64,000 nucleotides of DNA. Source: Albugo candida (taxonomy: Eukaryota). Under the pieces are notes generated by a model that was given only the letters and a program-made list of their open reading frames with translations, was not told the origin of the DNA and did not search any database. Below are positions 35,950-48,210 of the stretch, in pieces (position 1 is the first letter of the stretch; each line of letters opens with the position of its first letter). Made by a program: the position numbers and the translations under genes. The stretch lies in the NCBI GenBank assembly GCA_040437565.1, contig JBDOQK010000032.1, positions 248,001 through 312,000 on the forward strand. Direction: 5' to 3'.

Positions 35950-38640
35950 TAAACCAGCTTGTCGGAGTGGAGCGAGTGGAAGGAATTTTTGGAATCGATT
36001 TTTTTTAGCTCCCTTATTTCACCAACGCTGATTGGTCGCTCCGTTTTCTCAATTGTTGTATGCCGTTTTTGATAGAATGTACTGCCTCTTTCGAAGTGGC
36101 CACCTCTTTTGGTATCCCTGTTTTCACGGGAATGATTTGGACGCGAGTACCATTCGCCGGATTTGCAACCGTTTACATTCCTTTGATCTCCACCTTCATA
36201 GTTGCGAGCACAGAAGAATAATTACTGATGGCTAACTTCGAGAGCGCATGAGTTGGTGCTTTGGCGACCATTTGTTCGAACGTCTCCACCCGTTACGTTT
36301 TCCACTAGTCCATGCCAATTTATGGATACATCCCCATCCCGCTCCAACCGTGGCTGTGTGTACGACTGACTTGCCAGCTGGAGGATGGGAAGAAAGGGCT
36401 GCAATACGGCTGGCGCCCCTGTCGATGTAGTGGGGGGCGAACTGAGCTCCAACGAGATCTGATCGGAGAGTTTCCGTTCAGGTTTCCTCGGCTCCAATTC
36501 TTGACGGGGAACTGACTTCACTAATTTTTGTGGTACCACCACGAGTGCCTTTGGCTCAATGGTTTGTTTTCGCTGCTATTTTTGTTTTCGTAGTTGTTGT
36601 TGATTTTTTTTTTGTATCTGAGTTGGAGGCTGAGTTTGGCTTTATTTTGATTATAGTTTTTGCTCTGGTGTTGCCGTGCTCCCGTGGCTGATGTAGCGCC
36701 CAAATCCAAGCAACAAAGACCACGTTGACCGAAAAGTTGCTTGTTCCGATGGAATGGTAGCATTTTTTCCCCTACTGGATAAAGTTGTTTGTCGTAAGCA
36801 ATTTGTTCAATCACTTTACCAATTCTCACCAGCTGCTGTGGGCACAAGTGTGCCGCCTCTTTCGAACTAACCACCTCTTTTAGCATCTGTGCTTTCACGG
36901 GGATGATTTGAATGCGACTCCATTCTTCAGATTGGCAATTGCATTGATTTCTTCGATCTCCACCTCCATAGTTACGAGCACATATAATACTTGCTGGCCG
37001 CTAGCTTCGGGAGCGTAAGAAGTGATGGTAGGTATTCCATTATATTGTCCATGCCATGAATACATCCCCATCCCGCTCCACCCGTGGTTGGGAGTACGAT
37101 TGAGTTGCCAGTTGGAGGATGGGGAGAGGGCTGTAATAAAGCTGGTGCCCCTGGTGGTGCGATAGTTGAGGGAATATTGAGCTTCAACGAGATTCAATCA
37201 GAGAGCTTCCGTTCAGGTTTCCTCCCACCAATTCTTGATTGGAAATTGGATTCACTACCGTTTGTGGTACCAATACGACTGCCTTTGTCTCGTGGTTTGT
37301 TTTTGTCGCTGTCTATGTTTTTGCTGGTTTTGGTGCTGAGTTGGAGGCTGCGTTTTGCTTTGGTTTTTGATATTGTTTGTTTTTGTTTGTTGCCGTGCTC
37401 CCGTGGCTGGTGCAGCACCCAAATCCAAGCAATAAGAAACACGTTGACCGAAACGTGGTCGTTCCGTTGAAATGGAAGCATTTTATCCGGTACTGGGTAA
37501 AGCTGCTTGTCGTAAGCGATTTGTTCAATTACTTTACCAACTCTAACCAGTTGTTGAGGACACGTCTAACAGCCAATGTAGACTCGCCAAGTCGACATGA
37601 CCACTTCTTTTGTGGGAACCATTCCGCGAAAGGTGTCATACACCACTTGACATTCGAGGTCGTAAAGAGAGCGGAGTATGTGGTTCCGTTCTTCCTCCAC
37701 GCCTACACCGAAAACATCGAGATGGTATTCTGTTCCAAGAGTATCGAACTCCCAAAAAAGATACTTTTCTTCAAGAAGAGTCACCGGCTGACACTCCAAC
37801 TGTTGGCAGCCATCTGCCGTGGTGACCATCACCCTGATGTTTCCCCCAGGCATTTTGGACACTTGAGCGATTGACCGGCTCTCGAGTAAGCTTTTAAATA
37901 CCGCATTACCGTGGTGTCGCATTAGTTAGGTCAAAAGTTTCTCATCTGAAGGACGGGTCAAGGACTGTCCGGTCTCCAAGACCATTGGAAAGGTTGCTTT
38001 CCAGATTTGGAAAGGTCTCGCTGCTTCCGATTTCGCATACAAAGAGACCAGTCCGGGTGCTCCCCATTAGCATATAGCTGCAGTATAGCCTCAATATCCG
38101 AGGCTTTCGGCTTTGGGAGCTCCAAGCGAAATTTCGCTCGAGCTCTAGCCTGGTCCTTACACAGGGATTCCTGTGACTTGATAAGGCCAGCCAAAGTGGG
38201 ACTTTTAGTGTCGTTCACACTTCCAGTTGTCTTTGAGTCACCCTGTGACGAAGCAACGACAGTACCACATTCACCACCGGTACCACACGCGACACCGGTA
38301 CCACATCCGATACCGGTATCACTTCCGACAACGGTTCTAACCGGTACCGTCACACTGAGGGTGGGGGTTCTCTCCCCGTTATCACACAGGGGTGATGACT
38401 CATCAACAATCATGCAATCACCCAAAGCTGGGTGACTTATAAGGGTTGCCACGTCAGCACAAGTGAACGCTAGCACCCTTGGTTGTGTCGATATGTCGAC
38501 TTGAACCATTGTTTTCGAGAGGAAGGAGGTGAAAAAAGTTGTTTTTTCGAGTTGTTTTTACTTAATTGGCTGGTTACGTAGTAGCCGGCTAATTGAAAAG
38601 GCACTGTACGGATCAGTGTAAGCCTTAATAAACGGCTCGC
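35950..38640 (-). mobile_element. Non-LTR (LINE) 5' region and ORF1 remnants, with two diverged tandem copies of the ORF1 C-terminal half
   Basis: GNIRVMVTT..GC.QLE.Q.V.L....Y.F.EFD.LG..Y.LD...YDTFR...TWRVY...CPQQLV, recalled from oomycete LINE ORF1. About 36120-36860 resembles about 36890-37570. The same 5' end recurs at 53822-53990. Confidence 0.6.
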
Positions 38641-38656
38641 TCAGAGCCATTGATTT

Positions 38657-41600
38657 AGGAGACCGTTAAAATCCCCTCAGTTTGATATGATTGGCTAATT
38701 TTATGCTGCATATTGCTATTGTACGCCTATGTAAGGATCAATGTGATAGGACTGCCCGCTACTTTTCGACGTGAATTATTTTGCGCTCAATTTTGCAATC
38801 ACTCAGTTCAGTTAGCGTTCGCGTTTGTTCGTGTAGCATATTGTTGCTAGACTATTTCGCAGCTCACGGTTTATAAATAACGCAAAAATATTTTATTCTG
38901 TAAATTAAGCCTTAATAATTCACTGTGTACGGGTCATTCGTGACACAAAAACCGTATGTTCTATAAATTCGGTCTCTGAAGATGGTTTCCGGGTGAGAAT
39001 GATAGCCTCTTTTGCAGTCGATATGGTTGAATTCCTAGCCTCGGAAATATGCGAATCATATCAAACTGACGGACTTTTACCAAAAGTACTACAGTGCAAG
39101 ACACTTATAACCAGCACGTTTAATCGGTAGACAAGAATCCTTTCTCTTCACAGAAAAGATTTAATGTAGAAAAAAGAATTCCATTGTACTAAAGAACAGA
39201 CGCTAGGCTGTAATATAATGGAGGCCAATTCTTCGTAACTTTATTTTTGTACGACTAGTAGGGCCTTGAAATTTGGCCAATTGCGGCAATTTTTAATGGG
39301 ACGAGCGATTTTTGGCCACCCGAAAATCAATAACCTTCATTACTTAATATTTTTGGGTCCGAACTCTTTTATTAAGTATGTATGACAAGTTCTCATTTGT
39401 GAAACAATCTCCGAAAGTATGGTCTCCTTTATGTAGTATTAAGCCGTGAGGCAGTGCATGTCCATCAGGATTGAATTTGGTACGCGTCGGTGAGGACGGT
39501 ACTTTTTGACGGCATAATCCGCAGCTTTACCACTTAACCCTTCGCGGTAGACATCCATATACCGCTGAGATTTTTGATAGTAGTTCCTTATCTCGGTCAA
39601 ACTGATCGAATCCAATGCTTTTGGCACCACGTCCTTTAGTCCAGTCCATGAAATTGCAGTGTTTCCGTGCGTACCGCTTGGCAGAGCCCCAAAAGTTCTC
39701 AATAAAGTTGAGTTCACAATAAAATTCTGGATAAAATATTATCATGTGGCCGGTACGAACAAGAGGCTGTTCTAACATGCATTTCTGGCAAAGAAAGTCC
39801 GGCTGATTTGCCATTGGATTTTCTGGCACAGCAGTCCAGTTCGGTTATAGGACCTTTCACGCGACAGTCAAGTGTAAGGCCTGCACGCCAAAGTCCTCGT
39901 TCTTCAAGGACAACTTTGATACCTTTTGCCTTGCCTCGAAGTTTTTCAATTGCATGATCTTCTGGAAAACCAATTCCTGGTGAATTCCATTTCCCTAAGT
40001 CGTTTGTCGCATCAGATGTTGTTTGCCACCAGGGCCCAGGTTCATGCGGTTTGCACAGAGCGCATCGTCAGCAAAGGCAGCATGGCTGGTGGGACTGTCA
40101 AAGGCAAAGAGGGCCTGCATGCCTGGAATTTGTGCTTCAAAGATGGGGATTGCTCAATCAAGCACCTGGTGGTAGAGGTCTATTGCCTCCCACCATCCGT
40201 CGTGCTGAATTCCAGGGTGCATGATCACACATGCTTGTTCTGGCAGCGTCGGAAACTGCTCTTTTTTCTCTTGGTCCAGGCGAGGAGTCCCGAAATTGGA
40301 CAAAGGAGGTTTCTGACATGAGTAGATCTCCCTTGGCCTTTCTTGCGCAATGGATGTTCCCCGTCAGGCATCCAAATGCGCTTCAACCCATCATTGGCAG
40401 CAAACGTACTTTCATCATGGGTCACCAGAAGAAGTGGTTGAATGTACGCTGCTGTCCATATTACATCATCTTGGTTTTTCTCGAAATCATCATCTTTTGC
40501 AGGAAAAACAGGCATGCGAGCATCAAGTTTATCTAATCTGGCCAGAAACTTTTGGCGATACTCAATCACATCTTCTCTTTCAAGACCATCGATGTAAATC
40601 CCCTTCGCAACTTTGCGGTAGGTTATGTCCAAGGACTGTAGCCAGCGCATCATCGTTCGTTCCGATATTTTCGGGCAAGGGGTGTAGCCTTACTCGGGGA
40701 GGATTTCTTCATTCGTGTGTTTCGTCAAGGTTGCAATTTCGTCAGTGAACTTAATTGCACGGAGGTATTGTTGCAGGATAATGATACAGTCCTCGTCTTG
40801 AAGAAAACTTGATCACTTGGCGTGTTTCCCTTGCTTCGACTGAGGGAGAGTTCCGTCTTTCATTAAAGTTCTGGCCCATGTCCGTATTGATCGAGAAAAG
40901 TAAACCCCTCTTCCTGCTGCATCTGAGATAAAGGAACTTGCGGCTTTCTTCGTTTTTCCTATTTGGAGTTGTCGAAAGTACCCTAGTAGCGCTGCTTCAC
41001 GCGCATGTGCTGCATTGTTCTTTTCGTTTGGCTTTCGATTTATTTTTTTCAGATTCTCAACTGCCAAACTGATATCAGCTTTGGTCCACTCAGTACCCTC
41101 GTCTTCATCGGCTCCATAATCCAAGTCTGCATCATTTTCGTTATCCACATCCACTTCAGCACCAAATTCTGTAAACATTGGTGTCAGTGTGCAGTATCCA
41201 GTCAACGGCTTGGTGCCTCTCGCAGCATCCTTCATCATCGCCTTCTTGCGATTTTGTGTGCGTGACGAATTTCCCAAATACCGCACGGCTCGATTGATCT
41301 CGTTGGTTAGCACTGGAACGAAAGCTCTCTCAATATTCTCAACAATCATGTCATCATCTTTCACTTCATTTTCGCTCTCCATCTGGGATTCATTTTTACT
41401 GCAGGCGCTGCTAATTCAAATTCATGCACGTCATGTACTTCACTTTTCTGCTTCTTGTTCTTTACAGCATGTATTGCTGCCTTGTACAAGTGTTTCCTTT
41501 TTTTAGACGTGGCATGGTTACTTTGGGAAGCTATAAGTGCAAAAAAATACGGTGGGCGTTATCAACTTCTGAAGTGATATGGCGATTGATTAACCTACCT

Positions 41601-42298
41601 GTATACACTACTCTTGATTNNNNNNNNNNNNNNNNNNNNNNNNNNNNNNNNNNNNNNNNNNNNNNNNNNNNNNNNNNNNNNNNNNNNNNNNNNNNNNNNN
41701 NNNNNNNNNNNNNNNNNNNTTGGTGTCAGTGTGCAGTATCCAGTCAACGGCTTGGTGCCTCTCGCAGCATCCTTCATCATCGCCTTCTTGCGATTTTGTG
41801 TGCGTGACGAATTTCCCAAATACCGCACGGCTCGATTGATCTCGTTGGTTAGCACTGGAACGAAAGCTCTCTCAATATTCTCAACAATCATGTCATCATC
41901 TTTCACTTCATTTTCGCTCTCCATCTGGGATTCATTTTTACTGCAGGCGCTGCTAATTCAAATTCATGCACGTCATGTACTTCACTTTTCTGCTTCTTGT
42001 TCTTTACAGCATGTATTGCTGCCTTGTACAAGTGTTTCCTTTTTTTAGACGTGGCATGGTTACTTTGGGAAGCTATAAGTGCAAAAAAATACGGTGGGCG
42101 TTATCAACTTCTGAAGTGATATGGCGATTGATTAACCTACCTGTATACACTACTCTTGATTGGCTAAAAACCCGGTTATCTACACGTTAGAAGTATAGGC
42201 TGCAAGAAATTGAAATTTTGAAATTCGGCCGCATGAATAGGGATGGGTGGTGTCGGTTATAAGTGTCTTGCACCATAAGGGGATTTTAACGGTTCCCT
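38657..42298. mobile_element. Non-autonomous TIR element (MITE-like, about 460 bp) whose right TIR is interrupted by the DDE transposon
   Basis: AGGAGACCGTTAAAATCCCCT (38657-38677) is inverted at 42278-42298. The inner part TCAGTTTGATATGATT is inverted at 39054-39069. Confidence 0.7.
39092..42275 (-). mobile_element. Full-length but defective IS630/Tc1/mariner-related DDE transposon with TIRs and TA target duplication
   Basis: TA|CAGTGCAAGACACTTATAACC ... GGTTATAAGTGTCTTGCACCA|TA. Transposase pieces KGIYIDG.EREDV..YR, VTHDESTFAAND, FDS..SH and FYPEFYCELNFIENFWG are split by stops and frameshifts. Contains a 542-bp artefactual duplication. Confidence 0.88.
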
Positions 42299-42479
42299 TG
42301 ATTTTATAACGAAAGCACAACTATTTTTCACTGCTGATAAATGAAAAGTAATATTAAGAGTTAAAAACACTGTTAAGAATGAATGTATAAATCCCCTCAT
42401 ATTGTCAAGGATTTCATTACACTGTTTATCTGGTTGTTTAACTACCTTCCTTATCCTATCATGAGTCCCTGACCGTCTG

Positions 42480-42646
42480 AATATCACTTAAGTCTGACTT
42501 CAAACTTAGGGAGGCAGATATTTTTCAAGCTTATTGCTTGGGTGGGCTCAAACCGCTGCCCACACTGCCGCGAATCGAACTAACGACCTCCGGTAGGGGC
42601 TCCGTGCGCTCAAGTGCTTAACCGACTGAGCTGGGTACGGAACCCT
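42480..42646 (-). mobile_element. tRNA-derived SINE head or tRNA pseudogene
   Basis: Pol III A-box-like CAGCTCAGTCGGTTAAGC (about 42616-42633) and B box GTTCGATTC (42572-42580); no valid cloverleaf. Truncated by the N gap. Confidence 0.6.
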
Positions 42647-42746
42647 NNNNNNNNNNNNNNNNNNNNNNNNNNNNNNNNNNNNNNNNNNNNNNNNNNNNNN
42701 NNNNNNNNNNNNNNNNNNNNNNNNNNNNNNNNNNNNNNNNNNNNNN

Positions 42747-44900
42747 CGCCACCGAGCAAAATCAATACACCTGATGTAGAGCGACGAGTCTTTTTTCAAT
42801 TATCCAATTCGCGTCACAGTGTGCCCGAAGCATGATCTTGTTGTCGTCCGATTCCTTGTACGTGATTCCGTGCGATTGTGTTCCCATAAGATAGTGTAAA
42901 ACGCGTAAAGCCGCGCGCCAGTGCATCGGTCGTGGCTGGTCCAAGTACTGCGATAATACTGACTTCGCATAGCTATTATCTGGTCGCGTTGCGTTCTCAA
43001 TTTACAGCAGCGAACCGACCAAGTTGCGGTACGAAGTGCTGTCTTTCAGCACTGGGTGTAACTCATCAGGAGTCAAGTCCTGGCCTGTACAGATAGGATT
43101 GCGAACTGCATAGACCCCATTTTGATAAAATTTCGAGACCAACTTCGCAACAAAATTGGGACTGTTTTAACACCAACTCCCTTTTTCTCGTGAATAATTC
43201 ACTTCCATGCCCAAAATAAATCGCTCAGCTCCAATTGACTTGACAGTAAAATGAACTGTTAATTCCTTGTAGATCGTGTCTGCCTCAGCATCTGACTTGC
43301 TTTCAACTAGGAGGTCGTCCACATACAAGACTATGTATGTGAGTGACTTGATGTTTGCATGATTGCATCGAACAAAAATACATGTGTGTCTGCTCGACAT
43401 TGTTCGAATCCCACAGTGGACAACACGGAGCATTTGTTCTTGTGCCAGACCGCAGCCGCTTGCTTCAACCCATATAAGATGCGTCGTAATTTGCACACCT
43501 TTCTAAGTGCAATCTCAGCTCCAAGGGATGGCTCCATGAAAACTTCTTCTTTCAAGTCACCATTTAGAAATGCAGTTTCCACGACAAATTGTCGGATTTT
43601 TTTTTATTACGTATTGCATGCTGTAGCAACCGACAGAAACACAAGAATCGTATTTGAGCATGCAACAGGTGAATATGTGTCGAAGTAATTGAAGCCATGC
43701 GTTTGCGAATATCCGAGGACAATTAAATGTGCTTTGTAACGAACGATATAACCGTTTTCATCGTAGTTATGCCCAAATACCCACTTGTGACCTATGACCT
43801 TGACACCGGAAGGACGGTAGACAACATGCCATGTCTGGTTCTTCGATTCACATTTTGTGGCAAAATATCCTTCCTTGAATCCGGCATCCACTCCATGAGA
43901 CATTTCCTCTCCAACAGCTTCTGAAACCACTTGCAAGAGATCACAGTGTTCTCTTCTTTGTTTTGTAAATGTCCATTTCGAATTTTATCACAACTTTTCT
44001 TTTGAATACTGGGTCTCTAAAGCACCGAGCATCCATTTGGCATTGCATTTGGATCCGCATGTTCACGTATCTCTGCAATCCGTGCTGATCCAAGATTCTG
44101 TAATTTTGGTTTCTCAGCCGCTAAATTCTTGAACCTGCATACGATAGTGTGATATCCATGATTATCGTACACCTTTCTTTATCTATATTTGACAATACCC
44201 ATTAATCGGCCCTCCTTCTGCCCAAAACTTCATCGAGTCTTGTTCGATCACTTCCATCGAGTCTTTTTCTATTTCAAACTACAGTATTTCTCCGTCTTCC
44301 ACACATCCAAACAAGCTAATACCGGCATGCCAAATGGCTTGTTCGATCATGTTTCGAACGCCAGCAGCGTGTTGTAATATCTCTTCACGAAAACTTTTTC
44401 GTGATTTGCTATCGTCCCTCAATACTTCAGGTTCTTTGAATTCTGGGGTGCATTAAATATCCGTGTGTCCTCTGAGACGTCTGATCTCTCGAAATACTCT
44501 ATCCTCCTCCGTTATCTCTCGTCCGTGATTCCCTCATCAAATGGTCCAGCTGGATTTGATCGTTGCAACGCTCGGGTTGCTTTGGGCTCCTCATAGTCGG
44601 ACGCTATTCTCTCGCTCCTCATTCATCCCCTGGCCGTCAAAATCATGTCTCCAACTGGAGTGTTCTTTGCCAGACTTCTGCAAAGACATTTATTTTCACT
44701 GAAGTCAACTTTGTCCTGTCTCCACGACGTGATTTGTCTAACACAAATCGTCGACAAAGCAATCCAGACGACAGCTTTGTCGATCGCTTGACTGATTGCT
44801 GTTTCGATGTAAGTACGTATACCTCGTCATGTTCTCTCCTTACGAAAATCTAGAAAGATATCAGCCCAGTTCCTATCCCGAAACGTTAGAGCTGCAACCG
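42747..44900 (-). mobile_element. Second degenerate Ty1/copia remnant (RT-RNase H, internally deleted)
   Basis: IGHKWVF....DENG.IVRYKA.L...GYSQ..G..Y.DTYSPV, TAFLNGDL.EEVFM, LYGLKQA, LYVDDLL, YRNLVGSL, HWRAALRVLHYL.GT, CDANW. Confidence 0.9.
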
Positions 44901-45399
44901 GTTCCTGACTTAATATATAAACGGCACTAACCTATCTATAAAACCTCTTTGTATATGCAAGAATGATACGGAATAATATTAGGGTGCGAGTATTGCCACA
45001 AACGTTTTCACTATGGGTTTGACTAATGCTTACAGACAAAACATCTCTGATTGGCTTATTTGTGTAAGATTAATATAATTGGTCGATAAGATAGCTATGT
45101 CACTGCATCAATGTAAGATATATTATGAAGCTTCTCCATTCTATAAAGTCAAAATAAATGCAATAATACCGGCGCTGAACACGCTTACGTAAATATCATT
45201 TCGTTTCTTATTCGTACAAGATATTTGAATAGTCGTAATAAACATTTCCAGCAAGTATTTTACTCCATTTGAGATAGCCTAGGCATCGCGCTAAACATGC
45301 TTCGCGACGAAGCACCATCAGAAAAAGGTCGCTGACTGATATCATAAGCTTTCTCCACTTCGATCTTCAAAGTTCGCATTTGCAAAATTCCTATAGAGA

Positions 45400-47740
45400 A
45401 GAGAATGGGAAGTTCCGCGTTCTTGAACTCAATCTCCATGACGTTCAAAGATGCAATACCACGAATTCTTCATTCGGTCCCTCGCACCAATGTTTTATTT
45501 GTTGTCGTGCTTATTGCTCGGTTGGAGAATTCACGCACGAATACTGTGCGAGTTTCTTGACTTCTGCGAAATCTGGATGTAAATTGACGGCGCATACCCC
45601 TTCCCGACACAAACGATTGAAATCCGGTGGTTTTACATTCAAATGCACCAAAGTGAAGCGGTTGCTCACTTTGTACGCAAATGTGCGCTAATCATCCAAA
45701 TAAAATTGCCCTTTGGCTGAAATACTCGCATTCAACGTGATCCGCAGACCTCACCGGATAATGATGCATCAATGCAGAACTTCGGCGAAAGTGACATTTT
45801 CGTGTGGCAATACTTAGCCGCGGAATATGTTCGAGGGACACTGTTATCCCGTCATGAAGCTTCCCTTGACCGGGAATTGGCTTGTACTGCTGAAAACACT
45901 GTACAAAATGGAATTGAACGCTAAGAACATGGGGAGATACTAATGATACCCGGCTTTACCACTGGATGGATCAAAGGATCAGAACCCAATACGAACGCAT
46001 TTTCTTGATGCAAACATTCATCAGAATGGTTCCACATTGAACGGATTATCGGAAGCCCTTGAGTTTCAAAAATGTAGAAGAGTGTTTACAGATGTGGAAG
46101 CAAGCTGTATCGCACGGATACCCGAGCGAATGAGTGACGTGTGTGGTTCACCGAAAACCCATGTCTCACGCCGATGATGTGCTTGTCCACGGTAGAACGG
46201 GTGGTACGCTTCAGCTTGATACTTCAATATCAGCACCGAAAAATGTGAGACCCGCAACCGACATGGATAAGAGCCTTTTTATCCTTTATCTGAGATCTTC
46301 ATATCCTCTTGAATCCCGATATCACGCCCAGAGTGCAAGATCAATGACGGTAACTATCGTATCAATTGTACTTCCGCAGTCGCCTTCTGCATATGGAATC
46401 CATACAAATCGTGCTATTCTCTCCCAAATTCAAACATCCTTATGCGTCGATACTTCGAAACCATTGAACACTGATGCCTCATTTATATGGTTCCAAGTGT
46501 ACAGAGAAGAAGTTCATCCGTGAGATTCGTTCCCATGCTCATCCTTGACGTAATGTCCCACAGATTTCGATTTGAAATGCACGTACTTCGCGGAACCAAT
46601 CTGGTCAAGGGAATCTACGATCGTGAAAACCTTGCGTTTAAGAATCGCTAAGTTCTCTGCACTGAATTGGTGTTGGGAAATGAATTGGCCCACGTGAAAT
46701 ACCGTATTCCATCAGTATGTTCGATATCCAGCCACAAGANNNNNNNNNNNNNNNNNNNNNNNNNNNNNNNNNNNNNNNNNNNNNNNNNNNNNNNNNNNNN
46801 NNNNNNNNNNNNNNNNNNNNNNNNNNNNNNNNNNNNNNNAGCTCGATATCCAGCCACAAGACATCGTACGGGATTTTGCGTTGATCAACGCCACGTTCGT
46901 TTTTCTAGTTCCAGCGACACTGATGGTGCCCTAGTGTGCAAAGAGGTGATGGGGAAGCAGTTCCGATCAATGAAAATACTGCTTGGAGAAGGATTGATGT
47001 AGAGGATAAATCAGGAACAGCACGTCACTCAGTCATTTAATGGCTCGTCACCTTGCGTGTGCTTGCATCAGTTATCACATCCACAAATGTATCGGATGAA
47101 TTGTGCCAAAAAACAACACACATCGGCGGCCATCAAAAGAGAAATGGAGCCATAGAAAGCCATTGGAACGTCCAACTCTACACAAAGATATCGAGGTTGT
47201 GAGGAGGCGAGATGGATTACTTACTATCTCATCATTATAAATGTTTCTTTCAACATGCAATCGACCGCGTGCTTGGGAAGTCCATACAACTGGCGAAGGT
47301 GCTGCGAATTGAAAAAGAGATAACGTTTCAAATGGAACTGGGACCGAATACGGTATCAGCATGATCGCCAAAATGATCCTCCCAGCCGTCATCTGTTCTT
47401 TCAATATCAGTACTGATATTCTTATCAGTAGAAGCTTGGCTTGTTTGGTTCGATCGATGCGATTGCGCGACAAATTGCTTGATGGGACATAGCGGCTGAA
47501 CCCTATCGCATCTTCATATTCTGGTTGTAACATGGACTTTGAATATTGTTTCATCGTTTTCAGGACGAAGTATGGTTCGGTGTCACTCGGTCCTAACAGA
47601 ATTCCGTGAATACGTGTGGCGTGAGCAATATATGCAGCTTCTCTAGCTCACTCGTGAGGTGACCGCACCAACGTCTTGATGAATTGGCGGATGGCGACGA
47701 ACCGAGTGCTTTCGAAGAATCACGCGAAGATGCGTCATAG
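45400..47740 (-). pseudogene. GH31 neutral alpha-glucosidase (ER glucosidase II alpha-like) pseudogene; boundaries approximate
   Basis: Ordered fragments: [98 protein letters not shown]...WVFGEP, KGQFYLDD, with many stops, frameshifts and deletions. Confidence 0.85.
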
Positions 47741-48210
47741 CACGCGTCTCATATAAATGTTATACTGCAAAGAGGATTGCATCAAGGATGACTCATGGTG
47801 AAGACGACAGTTGGCATTCCGACCTTGAACTCCCACGAAGTTGTATAAGAACTTGAAGCGCACAGATTCCATACAAATATCTTTTCAACACAGAAGGTGG
47901 AACGATCATACGGATACAGCGAGTTGAGGTTCATATCCTTCAGAAAGTGTCCTGGAGACTTCAAATAGGACCGTTTTCTTCACTTATAAGATTTTATGTT
48001 CGCAGCATCTTGCGGAGAGGAGCACTTTGAGATGTACTGGGCCATTTCACTAAAGAATTGCTTGGTCCAGTCTAGGATAGAAGATTAAGTGGGTGAAAAA
48101 AATACTGAATGTTTATTAAGCATGAATCTTGTCTTAAAGCGAACTATCTTTTAATCATTGGCCATAAGGATATGCACGGCATTTCATCCTAGCTGCGCAG
48201 TGACGTGAAG

